From NCBI GenBank assembly GCA_024875585.1, contig GCA_024875585.1_4107.1: a stretch of DNA of 64,000 bases, one strand, 5' to 3'. The stretch comes from a phage. Shown piece after piece: positions 27,136-34,915 of the stretch. The translations under genes and the position numbers were made by a program. Below the pieces are notes generated by a model. The model searched no databases. It was not told the origin of the DNA and worked only from the letters and a program-made list of their open reading frames with translations. Position 1 is the stretch's first letter. The number at the start of each line of letters is the position of its first letter.

Positions 27136-27174
27136 GGGAAGTTTTTAAACTTCCCTATAGGGGAATAGTTCCCC
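27136..27174 (+). promoter_or_regulatory. conserved double leader hairpin (GGGAAGTTT-loop-AAACTTCCC + GGGGAATAGTTCCCC)
   Basis: near-identical element also at 35486, 37580, 41762. Confidence 0.55.
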
Positions 27175-27195
27175 ACTATATAAGAGGATTAAAAA

Positions 27196-27435
27196 ATGGC
27201 TAAATCAAAAATGTTCTTAGGTCACAAAAACAAAACTCATTGGAATGTAAGCCTTTGGATTAATAACGATGAGTCATTGTACCGGTTGGCCCAGGACTTT
27301 ATTGCCGCCAACACTAATCGCAATGATGCGGCCCGTCATATGATGTTATTTTTAGAACAGACTGGACAAGATAAAACACCGGACGGATTCAAATATAGCA
27401 CTACTGCGATCCGTGCGGCGATGGTTGGAATGTAA
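27196..27435 (+). CDS. hypothetical early protein (79 aa); paralogue of 29228..29467
   Basis: shared GHKNKTHWNVSLWINNDESLYR...STTAIRAAMVGM. Confidence 0.65.
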   Translation: MAKSKMFLGHKNKTHWNVSLWINNDESLYRLAQDFIAANTNRNDAARHMMLFLEQTGQDKTPDGFKYSTTAIRAAMVGM

Positions 27436-27520
27436 TAGAATTTATTTAAAGTACTATCGCAAAAAATGATAGTACTTTATAATAGTGTTTTATTCATACA
27501 CCAACGATAAGGGCAACAGC

Positions 27521-27787
27521 ATGAATATTAAGTATTTTGCGACGCGTGAACAAGCTCGGAAGGCGGCGAAAGTGGAAGGTGCAACGTTTAAAGATATGGG
27601 CATACAATCGGAACGTGGTAAACGTTGGGCCATTGTAAAGCGTAGTACAGCCAGATCATTACAGTACTGGCTATCAGCTTTAAAAAGTCCTGATAGTGTA
27701 TCGCGTCGAGTGGTAGAAATAAAGCTCGACCGTAAGGGGAATCGTGTTACCGTGTACCGTACTAAAAAGATTGCAGTGCTTGAATAA
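27521..27787 (+). CDS. hypothetical early protein; paralogue of 39641..40036
   Basis: ATG after SD AAGGG; shared KYFATREQAR...RKGNRVTVY. Confidence 0.6.
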   Translation: MNIKYFATREQARKAAKVEGATFKDMGIQSERGKRWAIVKRSTARSLQYWLSALKSPDSVSRRVVEIKLDRKGNRVTVYRTKKIAVLE

Positions 27788-27794
27788 AAAGTAC

Positions 27795-27822
27795 TTGCAA
27801 ACTATGTTTAATGGCGTATAAT
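27795..27822 (+). promoter_or_regulatory. early promoter TTGCAA-N16-TATAAT
   Basis: same consensus as 26629..26656, with GCGGGAA hairpin after it. Confidence 0.6.
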
Positions 27823-27873
27823 GTTTTACATCGAGAGCGGGAACACTTCCCGCCTATAACCTGGAGTAATAAA

Positions 27874-28104
27874 ATGACTAATATGTATATGACTGAAGTT
27901 AAAACCGTAAAAGATACTACCACTAATAAAACTACTTACTTACAGCGGATCTGTGGTGTATGGCAACGTATCAGCAAATCAAAGTACTTTAAATTAACAT
28001 CATATGCCAATCGTTCGGATTCATTCAGTACTGAAATAAAAGGTAATAAAGTACACCAATACGGCACTTATTATTATTATAGCCTGGCCGCGATTGCAGT
28101 ATAA
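27874..28104 (+). CDS. hypothetical early protein (76 aa)
   Basis: ATG after SD GGAGTAA; track start 27811 lies inside the promoter. Confidence 0.55.
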   Translation: MTNMYMTEVKTVKDTTTNKTTYLQRICGVWQRISKSKYFKLTSYANRSDSFSTEIKGNKVHQYGTYYYYSLAAIAV

Positions 28105-28187
28105 GTAGTTTACAAATCTTTACAATTGCCGGTATTGACTTAAAATGTCAGTACTGGCATAATGTATCTATTGAAACGAACAATTTG

Positions 28188-28214
28188 GCCCACGGGGTGC
28201 GGGAGTGTATCTAT
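28188..28214. repeat. dispersed intergenic repeat, orientation A
   Basis: GGCCCACGGGGTGCGGGAGTGTATCTAT. Confidence 0.45.
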
Positions 28215-28243
28215 AGAAAAAGTAGTTTAGTACAGTTACAATT

Positions 28244-28269
28244 GTGCACCCGGTGGGTTAGCTGTTGTC
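28244..28269. repeat. dispersed intergenic repeat, orientation B
   Basis: GTGCACCCGGTGGGTTAGCTGTTGTC. Confidence 0.45.
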
Positions 28270-28352
28270 ATGGGATATATTATACCAGTACTGGATAGTG
28301 CTGTCAATACCTTTTTACTATTCAGTACTGAAAACTATTTGATAAAAAGTAC

Positions 28353-28380
28353 TTGCAAACTATGTTTAAAGGCGTATAAT
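28353..28380 (+). promoter_or_regulatory. early promoter TTGCAA-N16-TATAAT
   Basis: consensus; followed by conserved 83 nt leader element. Confidence 0.6.
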
Positions 28381-28386
28381 GTTTTA

Positions 28387-28469
28387 CATCAGGACGGGGA
28401 ATGAAATAAGTAACTTCCCGTTAAGTAGCCCAGGAGTAAGGCATACGAAAAACTCCCCTGATAAAATAG
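28387..28469 (+). ncRNA. conserved leader element / candidate small RNA (about 83 nt)
   Basis: near-identical copy at 38447..38529; sits between two promoters; no ORF. Confidence 0.25.
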
Positions 28470-28470
28470 T

Positions 28471-28498
28471 TTGACAATTGTTTTTAAAAGCGTATAAT
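28471..28498 (+). promoter_or_regulatory. early promoter TTGACA-N16-TATAAT
   Basis: consensus hexamers before 28531 gene. Confidence 0.6.
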
Positions 28499-28530
28499 AC
28501 TTACATCAACTACTGAATGAGGGTTACAAA

Positions 28531-29142
28531 ATGAAAACTATCACTACTACTACTTATGTTATGGATTTTTCTGAATTGAACGCAGAACAAAAAACGTCAG
28601 CTATCGAACTGGTTCGGGAACGTGAAAAAAACTTAAACGACGATTATTTTTCTGAAAGTGAAATTGAATACTATAAAGAAACAGTATTGCCGGAATATGG
28701 CATTAATGAAGCTGAAATACAATTCAGTGGTTTTTGGTCGCAGGGTGACGGTGCATCAATTAGTACTGACCACGTTGACGCAGTGAAGTTTTTACGTAAG
28801 GTAAGAGCATTAACTAAGTATCGCTCAATCCGTCACCTGCTGAATGAAGATGATTTGGCGATGAGTGTAAAGCGTTCTCACTCCCGCTACTCACATGAGA
28901 ACACTGTAAGCGGGTACATTGAATCGGCTTACACTGATTTAACCGCAAAACAAGAAACGTTAGTTAATGAGCTTGAGGAACTACTCACTGATACTATTCG
29001 TGAATTATCCCGCAAGTTGTACCGTGATTTAGAAAATGCATATGAGGATCAATTCACTACTGAAAACATCGTATCACTGATTGAGGGTAACGAATATCAA
29101 TTCAATGTTATTGATGGCGTAGTAGAATCAATTGCATATTAA
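28531..29142 (+). CDS. hypothetical acidic protein (203 aa)
   Basis: ORF after tandem promoters; SD GAGGG. Confidence 0.65.
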   Translation: MKTITTTTYVMDFSELNAEQKTSAIELVREREKNLNDDYFSESEIEYYKETVLPEYGINEAEIQFSGFWSQGDGASISTDHVDAVKFLRKVRALTKYRSIRHLLNEDDLAMSVKRSHSRYSHENTVSGYIESAYTDLTAKQETLVNELEELLTDTIRELSRKLYRDLENAYEDQFTTENIVSLIEGNEYQFNVIDGVVESIAY

Positions 29143-29227
29143 AAAGTACTTGCAAACTAAGTTTAAAAGCGTATAATACTTTATATCGAGGCGGGGAATG
29201 GTTCCCCGCTCAAACGAGGATTTAAAA

Positions 29228-29467
29228 ATGGCTAGTACTAAAACTTACAACGGACACAAAAACAAAACTCATTGGAATGTAAGCCTTTGGATCAATAACG
29301 ATGAATCATTGTACCGGATTGCTCAAAATTGCATCGCTCAAAGTAAAACGAAAGATATTGCAGCGGAATTTATGTACCGCAGATTAAAAGCCAACGGTAT
29401 TACTACAACGCCGGACGGATTCAAGTATAGCACTACGGCGATCCGTGCTGCAATGGTTGGAATGTAA
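29228..29467 (+). CDS. hypothetical early protein (79 aa); paralogue of 27196..27435
   Basis: ATG after SD GAGGA; track start 29198 lies in the leader hairpin. Confidence 0.6.
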   Translation: MASTKTYNGHKNKTHWNVSLWINNDESLYRIAQNCIAQSKTKDIAAEFMYRRLKANGITTTPDGFKYSTTAIRAAMVGM

Positions 29468-29524
29468 TATTCAGTACTATAACAATGGCGGGGAATAGTT
29501 CCCGCCTTTACTAAGGGTTATCTA

Positions 29525-29806
29525 ATGAGTAAAGTAATAAAGTACAATGTGTTAAGCAAATCATTGTCTATCAGTGAATGCACCGATGGTTTTTGGCTGT
29601 ACGATGAAACGCGTGGCATGAATTTAGCTATGCAGGAGAAAACTGCTGATGCGGCATATCTTAAAGCACTGGAATACTACCAGAAGCGTTTAACGGAAGT
29701 AGAAAACGATTATAATAACCTTAAAGCGAAAGTGGATAATTTCGTTGGTCAATTCGTTGACGATGACGAGGGGCACTACTGCGACCGTTGTGGATCTTAC
29801 AGTTAA
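29525..29806 (+). CDS. hypothetical protein (93 aa)
   Basis: leader hairpin GGCGGGGAATAGTTCCCGCC upstream; SD AAGGG. Confidence 0.55.
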   Translation: MSKVIKYNVLSKSLSISECTDGFWLYDETRGMNLAMQEKTADAAYLKALEYYQKRLTEVENDYNNLKAKVDNFVGQFVDDDEGHYCDRCGSYS

Positions 29807-29823
29807 GTACTAAGGATTATATA

Positions 29824-30027
29824 ATGAGTGATTTAATTGAACGTATCAAAGAGCTTGAAGAAAAAGAATTGCAGTTGATCGGTTTACAGAATAAAATCTA
29901 TCATGATTTGGGGAGTTTTATCAATGCGTGGGATAATGGCGATCCTGATGCGTTACCTGCTAACCGCCAGGCAATGATCAATGATGTGCGTGGTGTCTTT
30001 GAGTATGTTTTAAAGCAATTAAATTAA
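29824..30027 (+). CDS. hypothetical protein (67 aa)
   Basis: ATG after SD AAGGATT; track start overlaps previous gene. Confidence 0.5.
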   Translation: MSDLIERIKELEEKELQLIGLQNKIYHDLGSFINAWDNGDPDALPANRQAMINDVRGVFEYVLKQLN

Positions 30028-30036
30028 AAAAAGTAC

Positions 30037-30064
30037 TTGCAATTAGTTTTTAGTACTGTATAAT
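30037..30064 (+). promoter_or_regulatory. early promoter TTGCAA-N16-TATAAT
   Basis: consensus; leader hairpin GGGAGAAATGGTTCTCCC at 30078..30095. Confidence 0.6.
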
Positions 30065-30114
30065 GTTTTACATAGAGGGGAGAAATGGTTCTCCCTGGTA
30101 ATGAGGAAAATACA

Positions 30115-30336
30115 ATGGCTAATATCACTACTCTTTCTCAACTGGAAGCACTGGTTAAATCTATGCGGGAACATGCCGACAAAATCGGCGTAAAAGATCC
30201 AGCCGTTTGCTTCTGCGACGAAATGAATGATGATACATTGGTAATAGCAGAAGTTCAGGACGTTTCTAACTATTCATCGCGTTACACTGGCGGCGTAGCA
30301 AATAAAGGTGACTTCTGTTTATACCTTACAAAATAA
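30115..30336 (+). CDS. hypothetical early protein (73 aa)
   Basis: ATG after SD GAGGAAAA; track start is the ATG inside the hairpin loop. Confidence 0.6.
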   Translation: MANITTLSQLEALVKSMREHADKIGVKDPAVCFCDEMNDDTLVIAEVQDVSNYSSRYTGGVANKGDFCLYLTK

Positions 30337-30342
30337 CAACGA

Positions 30343-30369
30343 GGGGATCAATTGATCCCCTTTCTTTTT
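30343..30369 (+). terminator. rho-independent terminator (GGGGATCAATTGATCCCC + T-tract)
   Basis: palindromic stem followed by TTTCTTTTT. Confidence 0.65.
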
Positions 30370-30396
30370 CAGTACTGAATAATTTAATAGACGGAT

Positions 30397-30429
30397 CTAT
30401 GCACCCGGTGGGTTAGTGACTGTTTCGTC
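30397..30429. repeat. dispersed intergenic repeat, orientation B
   Basis: CTATGCACCCGGTGGGTTAGTGACTGTTTCGTC. Confidence 0.45.
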
Positions 30430-30502
30430 TTTATGTAGTAATTATGCCAGTACTGGATGCACTTGTCAACAACTATTTTTCAAATACTTTTTATTAAAAT
30501 AC

Positions 30503-30530
30503 TTGCAATTAGTTTTTAAACGCGTATAAT
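30503..30530 (+). promoter_or_regulatory. early promoter TTGCAA-N16-TATAAT
   Basis: consensus; hairpin GGGGGAGCGGTTCCCC follows. Confidence 0.6.
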
Positions 30531-30577
30531 GTTTTGCATAGGGGGAGCGGTTCCCCTGGTAACTAAGGAATAAGAAA

Positions 30578-30814
30578 ATGGTCGAACAAATCAAATCAAC
30601 GTCTTCGAATGTAACGGGAACGGTAGCACACTTTACTTGTGATGAATCGCGGGGCGTTCCCTATTGTGCTGTACATGTAAACACTGAGGGTAACTACTGG
30701 TTTACGGTTTACGGATCATATTCATTTGGACGGCCAGGGCATCAAAAAATTCTGGATAAAGTACAACCAACGGGTAAAAATATCACTGCCGAAATGTTTT
30801 ATAAAAACAAATAA
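30578..30814 (+). CDS. hypothetical early protein (78 aa)
   Basis: SD AAGGAATAAG. Confidence 0.6.
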   Translation: MVEQIKSTSSNVTGTVAHFTCDESRGVPYCAVHVNTEGNYWFTVYGSYSFGRPGHQKILDKVQPTGKNITAEMFYKNK

Positions 30815-30908
30815 AAGTACTTGATAATAGTTTGACTATGTATTACAGTACTGTATAATAGATACATAAGGGGCGAATAGTTTGCCCCTAGTACAAAGGG
30901 GAAACATT

Positions 30909-31139
30909 ATGCCAGGCCGAATAGTTTTACTTAACGCTGGAAGTACTACACAACTCCTTAACGCCGTGTATTATGATATTGAAACGAGCGTCAATCTTAT
31001 CAGTACTGTAGTATTGTTGGACACTGGAAAGGTCGCAAATGATAAAGCGATTGCAGGTATACTAACGGATCTTAAACCAGGTTGCAGTACTCCAATAACT
31101 TTAAATGATAAAGTGTTTAATATTTTACTAACTGATTAA
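30909..31139 (+). CDS. hypothetical early protein (76 aa)
   Basis: ATG after SD AAGGGG; promoter TTGACT...TATAAT and hairpin GGGGCGAATAGTTTGCCCC upstream. Confidence 0.55.
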   Translation: MPGRIVLLNAGSTTQLLNAVYYDIETSVNLISTVVLLDTGKVANDKAIAGILTDLKPGCSTPITLNDKVFNILLTD

Positions 31140-31145
31140 GTACAT

Positions 31146-31174
31146 AGCCCACCTGGTGGGCTTTTTTGTTTTTG
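31146..31174 (+). terminator. rho-independent terminator (AGCCCACC-UGG-UGGGCU + T-tract)
   Basis: hairpin + TTTTTTGTTTTT. Confidence 0.65.
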
Positions 31175-31211
31175 TAGTACTGCATACTTTGAAAATAGTT
31201 TTAAAAAAGTA

Positions 31212-31239
31212 GTTGACATTACCGCAAAAAGGCGTAGAA
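31212..31239 (+). promoter_or_regulatory. early promoter TTGACA-N16-TAGAAT
   Basis: followed by a diverged copy of the conserved leader element. Confidence 0.5.
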
Positions 31240-31363
31240 TGTATTACATCAAGACGGGGAGCACTAAGTAGACCGCCAGTAAGTCGAACGAAAAACTGGA
31301 CACGTCGAGAAAACTTTGATACACTAACTAACATAAACTAAACTTTAATTGAGGATTTATAAA

Positions 31364-31846
31364 ATGGCTAATGTAAAATCATTTCTGAAAGCACTGATTT
31401 CTAACGATACTGCTATTGCTGCTGAATTGCTGGCGGATCTGGATAGCGATACCATGAAAGCGGTACGCAACAATTTTAACATTGCGTACAGTGAAGCTAA
31501 AGAACTGCAAGCCAAAAAGATAGCAGAACTGGAAGAACAGAAAAAAGCCCGTGAAGAAGAATTACAAGCAACTATTGAAAGTATTCAGGCGGCGGTTGCA
31601 GGGTTGGATCTGGATGTAGTTGTAGAAATGGCACATAAAGCCCTGGCAGTTAAGTACGGTGAAGATAAGCCAGTATCTAAACCTAAAAAATGGATTCAGG
31701 AACGCGTAACGGTTGTTCTTGATAATGGCGAGGAACATTTAATTCCCGTGCGTGGTAACTGCATTGCGGTAGTTCTGGATGCTATCAAAGAAAGCGGATT
31801 GACTCGCGAGGAATGGATCGAAGCTCACCGCAAGATTGAAGCATAA
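31364..31846 (+). CDS. hypothetical protein (160 aa), predicted helical
   Basis: ATG after SD GAGGATT. Confidence 0.65.
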   Translation: MANVKSFLKALISNDTAIAAELLADLDSDTMKAVRNNFNIAYSEAKELQAKKIAELEEQKKAREEELQATIESIQAAVAGLDLDVVVEMAHKALAVKYGEDKPVSKPKKWIQERVTVVLDNGEEHLIPVRGNCIAVVLDAIKESGLTREEWIEAHRKIEA

Positions 31847-31867
31847 CAATTAAAGTACTGAATCAAT

Positions 31868-31895
31868 AGCCCACTTTTTATAGTGGGCTTTTTTG
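31868..31895 (+). terminator. rho-independent terminator (GCCCAC-loop-GTGGGC + T6)
   Basis: hairpin + TTTTTTGTG. Confidence 0.6.
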
Positions 31896-32122
31896 TGCTT
31901 ATCGTTTACCATGCCACCAGCACCGCCTAGAATCGATTCTAACGCATTAAACTGATTATCTGATGAATCGCCCTAGCTGGTGGCGTTAATGCCGTTAGAA
32001 CGCGATTGAGGATGTTTAAAGTATTTTTGCAAAAAGTAATAAAAAGTACTTGCACGATTAAGAGATTAGAGTATAATTAATTACATCAAGACAAGACACC
32101 TTAACTAACTGAGGATATAAAG

Positions 32123-32275
32123 ATGAATACTTATGAACTGGATTGTTTTACTTTACAAGTAATGTCAGTATGCAGTAAAAAAGATTGGTCATCAAAGGAA
32201 TTTAAAGCAGTTATTGCGTGTGCAAAACACGGCAAGACTATCAATGAAACGGCATCAATCATTGATAAACTTTAA
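32123..32275 (+). CDS. small hypothetical protein (50 aa)
   Basis: promoter TTGCAC...TATAAT upstream; SD GAGGATA; below track cutoff. Confidence 0.4.
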   Translation: MNTYELDCFTLQVMSVCSKKDWSSKEFKAVIACAKHGKTINETASIIDKL

Positions 32276-32345
32276 AAAATAGTTTGACAATAGTTTTAAG
32301 TACTGCGATAATACATACATCAACTACTGAATAGGAATAAAAACA

Positions 32346-32573
32346 ATGGCTATCGTAATCACTCGCGTAACTGGTACTACTGGCACTGCTTCAACTGTTG
32401 CTGTAATTACTAATAAGAAAGGTGCAGAATTACATTTTGCAATGGATAAATGGGCCGTTAATGAGTTTGGTCAGTGGGCAAGTGTAGAATACATTGAAAC
32501 CTATCAAGTGCCATCGATTAGCTTAACTGATTTAGGTGTAGAACGTATCCTTTGTCTGGATGAATTAAATTAA
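32346..32573 (+). CDS. hypothetical early protein (75 aa)
   Basis: promoter TTGACA...CGATAAT upstream; SD AGGAATAA. Confidence 0.6.
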   Translation: MAIVITRVTGTTGTASTVAVITNKKGAELHFAMDKWAVNEFGQWASVEYIETYQVPSISLTDLGVERILCLDELN

Positions 32574-32660
32574 AAAAGTACTTGCAAAGTAAATCGAATA
32601 AAGTATAATACATTACATCAAGGGGAGAAAATGGTTCTCCCCACTAAGAGGAAACTAAAA

Positions 32661-32804
32661 ATGAAAACTTGTCAATGTGGTAAAAAATCTATTACTGGTT
32701 TGAAACGGGGCGTTTCACTTTGCCAGTACCATTATAATTTACAAGTATGGGGTAAAGAATGGGCCGACCAGGTTGAAGCATCAAAGAAAGCAAAAAGTAA
32801 GTAA
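32661..32804 (+). CDS. small Cys-rich protein (47 aa), possible zinc ribbon
   Basis: CQCG...CQYH; promoter + hairpin + SD AAGAGGAAA; below track cutoff. Confidence 0.4.
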   Translation: MKTCQCGKKSITGLKRGVSLCQYHYNLQVWGKEWADQVEASKKAKSK

Positions 32805-32823
32805 AATTATTATCACAGTACTA

Positions 32824-32852
32824 TTGACATAGATTGATAGTACTGGCATAAT
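32824..32852 (+). promoter_or_regulatory. repeated promoter cassette TTGACA-N17-CATAAT (copy 1)
   Basis: about 80 bp block incl. RBS and ATGGCT repeated at 33119, 35781, 42948. Confidence 0.55.
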
Positions 32853-32885
32853 AGATTTTATCAAGACAACTAAGAGGAAATTAAA

Positions 32886-33098
32886 ATGGCTATCATTATT
32901 AAAAACAAAGTTAATAAGACTATCGTTAAACTGGCAGAAGTGAAAGAAGGTTATAAAGTATCTTGGGAGGGTTTTTATCGGACGTTTACTGATATTGACG
33001 ATGCAATCAATTACTACACTGATACGGTTAAAAACTTTGTTCGTGCTGATGTGGTTATGGCAGTGGCAACATATAAAGCATCAAAAGAAAGTAAGTAA
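32886..33098 (+). CDS. hypothetical early protein (70 aa)
   Basis: MAII... start shared with 35841 gene; SD AAGAGGAAA. Confidence 0.6.
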   Translation: MAIIIKNKVNKTIVKLAEVKEGYKVSWEGFYRTFTDIDDAINYYTDTVKNFVRADVVMAVATYKASKESK

Positions 33099-33118
33099 AA
33101 AATATTATCACAGTACTA

Positions 33119-33147
33119 TTGACATAGATTGATAGTACTGGCATAAT
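33119..33147 (+). promoter_or_regulatory. repeated promoter cassette (copy 2)
   Basis: identical to copy 1. Confidence 0.55.
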
Positions 33148-33180
33148 AGATTTTATCAAGACAACTAAGAGGAAATTAAA

Positions 33181-33525
33181 ATGGCTAACATCAATACTAT
33201 AGCAGCACAAAATATCAACCTGTCTTCTGTTGAAGTTGTACACATTGCCGCCCGGCGTTGGTTCCAGGCGTCTTATGGTAATACGTATTTCTCTTTAACG
33301 GTAGATGTTGAAATCAATGGCGAATTTATTGAAGTAGTAAACGTGCCGTTCCAATATGGCTACGGGGATCATTTTGACACTGTAGCAATGGAAGAATTAA
33401 GCAAGGTTATTAATATGGAAGGTAAAGAGTTTTTACGCGGTTCTTATCTTTCCCGTTTTTGCCGTGATAATAATATTACTGTTTATAGTTCTGTTAGTGA
33501 TGTTAAACGCAAAAAAGATCTTTAA
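33181..33525 (+). CDS. hypothetical early protein (114 aa); paralogue of 39222..39545
   Basis: shared FQYGYGDHF / FTYGYGTQG and C-terminal VKRKKD. Confidence 0.65.
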   Translation: MANINTIAAQNINLSSVEVVHIAARRWFQASYGNTYFSLTVDVEINGEFIEVVNVPFQYGYGDHFDTVAMEELSKVINMEGKEFLRGSYLSRFCRDNNITVYSSVSDVKRKKDL

Positions 33526-33538
33526 TTAGCTTTACTTT

Positions 33539-33567
33539 ATGCAGATACTTTGATACAGTGTCTGCAT
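33539..33567. promoter_or_regulatory. inverted repeat ATGCAGA-N15-TCTGCAT
   Basis: 7 bp perfect inverted repeat after 33181 gene; operator or weak terminator. Confidence 0.3.
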
Positions 33568-33605
33568 AGGGGAAAGAAATTAAATCAACTTAAGAGGATA
33601 GTAAA

Positions 33606-33875
33606 ATGAAAAATATCAGTACTTTAATCGATGCAGGTACACATGTTCGTCGGTCTATGGTTGCAACCAGTTCTACAAAACAAGTAGCGAGCGGTTATCT
33701 TGTATTTGTGCACGATGGTAAACTCCTGGAACGTTCAATCAATTTTGATGTTAAAAACAATTGCCGTTTTATTATCTTTAAGCGTGAGCAATATAAAATT
33801 GATTTACCAGCGAAGCCCATTAGTGGGGCGTACAACGTTCAATCATTGTTTGAGCGTCAACCATACACCTATTAA
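33606..33875 (+). CDS. hypothetical protein (89 aa)
   Basis: SD AAGAGGATAG. Confidence 0.6.
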   Translation: MKNISTLIDAGTHVRRSMVATSSTKQVASGYLVFVHDGKLLERSINFDVKNNCRFIIFKREQYKIDLPAKPISGAYNVQSLFERQPYTY

Positions 33876-33926
33876 TCAAAACAACGTTAGCGGTCGATTT
33901 AGGCCGCTTATACTGGGGATTATATA

Positions 33927-34199
33927 ATGAATACTAATCAAGTACTGAATGAGATTGAAAGCATCATTAAACCGATGAAGCGTACTGATGCTATGTTAAC
34001 ACCGGAAGAATGCCGCCTTTATGAGCGTTACAGCGTCGAACAAGTCCAGGCAATGGCTATGGCTACCCCAGCCGTTAAACAGCCTGAGAACGCGTTACAG
34101 GACGTTACAGGGGATTATATCATCAATCCAGTACTAGGGAAGATGGAAGCAATCACCGAAGAACAAAAAGACTACTTAAGCCAGTACTTAAAAGGTTAA
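33927..34199 (+). CDS. hypothetical protein (90 aa)
   Basis: ORF, ATG start. Confidence 0.55.
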   Translation: MNTNQVLNEIESIIKPMKRTDAMLTPEECRLYERYSVEQVQAMAMATPAVKQPENALQDVTGDYIINPVLGKMEAITEEQKDYLSQYLKG

Positions 34200-34204
34200 T
34201 TAAT

Positions 34205-34414
34205 ATGCTTACTGTACAGGATAAGATCGACATCTTAAAGGTTAATATGTATGTGATTGATGCAGATCCTGAAAAAGTATTTGCATACGATGATTCTAAT
34301 CGTAGTCCTTTTTATTGTAGTCATGTAGTTGGATATGTGCCGTTATCGTATGTTATCGAAAGAGTGGTTGATTCAGCATACAAACATTTTTTAGAAAATA
34401 GTACTTGCAATTAG
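34205..34414 (+). CDS. hypothetical protein (69 aa)
   Basis: TAATTAATATG junction. Confidence 0.55.
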   Translation: MLTVQDKIDILKVNMYVIDADPEKVFAYDDSNRSPFYCSHVVGYVPLSYVIERVVDSAYKHFLENSTCN

Positions 34415-34482
34415 TTTTTAGTACTGTATAATGTTTTACATGAAGGGGGGAAATGATTCTCCCCAATAACAGGAGAAACAAA

Positions 34483-34635
34483 ATGAAACAATACAACGCT
34501 CGGTTTGATGTTACTATCGGCAACGGCAAAGGTCAATTCTCTTTCAGTACTCGTAAGAGTTATACAGAAAACTTCTTGCGTAATTGTGCACTGACCGCCG
34601 CACAAATTAAACATTATTTTCAGGCTAAAAAATGA
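34483..34635 (+). CDS. small hypothetical protein (50 aa)
   Basis: ATG after SD AGGAGAAA; track start 34453 lies in the leader hairpin. Confidence 0.45.
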   Translation: MKQYNARFDVTIGNGKGQFSFSTRKSYTENFLRNCALTAAQIKHYFQAKK

Positions 34636-34721
34636 AATCATTAGCTTATTATAGCTCGGCCCTGGTCGGTGCATTGATCGCGGCATTGTTAGTAGCTTAT
34701 CTATTCTTTATGGTGATTTAA
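34632..34721 (+). CDS. tiny hydrophobic peptide (29 aa)
   Basis: ATGA-coupled; single TM-like segment; speculative. Confidence 0.3.
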   Translation: MKSLAYYSSALVGALIAALLVAYLFFMVI

Positions 34722-34859
34722 ATGAATCCTAACGGTATAATTTACAGTACTCCTAAAACGAAAGCAGATAAAGCGGAAGCACGTAAAGCGAAAGTAAAGG
34801 AGTACATCAAGCAAGGTATGACACGAAAGGCGGCGATTCTAAAAGCTAAAAATAAATGA
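34722..34859 (+). CDS. small basic protein (45 aa)
   Basis: TAAATG-coupled; Lys-rich; speculative. Confidence 0.3.
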   Translation: MNPNGIIYSTPKTKADKAEARKAKVKEYIKQGMTRKAAILKAKNK

Positions 34860-34866
34860 AAAAAAG

Positions 34867-34889
34867 TGGTTGACTTCGGTCAGCCATTT
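34867..34889 (+). terminator. terminator hairpin (GGTTGAC-UUCG-GTCAGCC) with weak T-tract
   Basis: start of a 130 bp repeated intergenic module. Confidence 0.5.
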
Positions 34890-34915
34890 TGCTATTATAT
34901 ATTCATTGAGAGATA

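Noticed and set aside
30085-30336. ORF-track starts of the MVLP.../MILP... type (also 34453, 37611, 41457, 44189 and others) that begin at an ATG inside the 5' leader hairpin loop (GAAATGGTTCTCC)
   Set aside because: The ATG is part of the conserved hairpin and has no Shine-Dalgarno sequence. A downstream in-frame ATG with a good SD at 6-9 nt is present in every case, and paralogues align from that second ATG.
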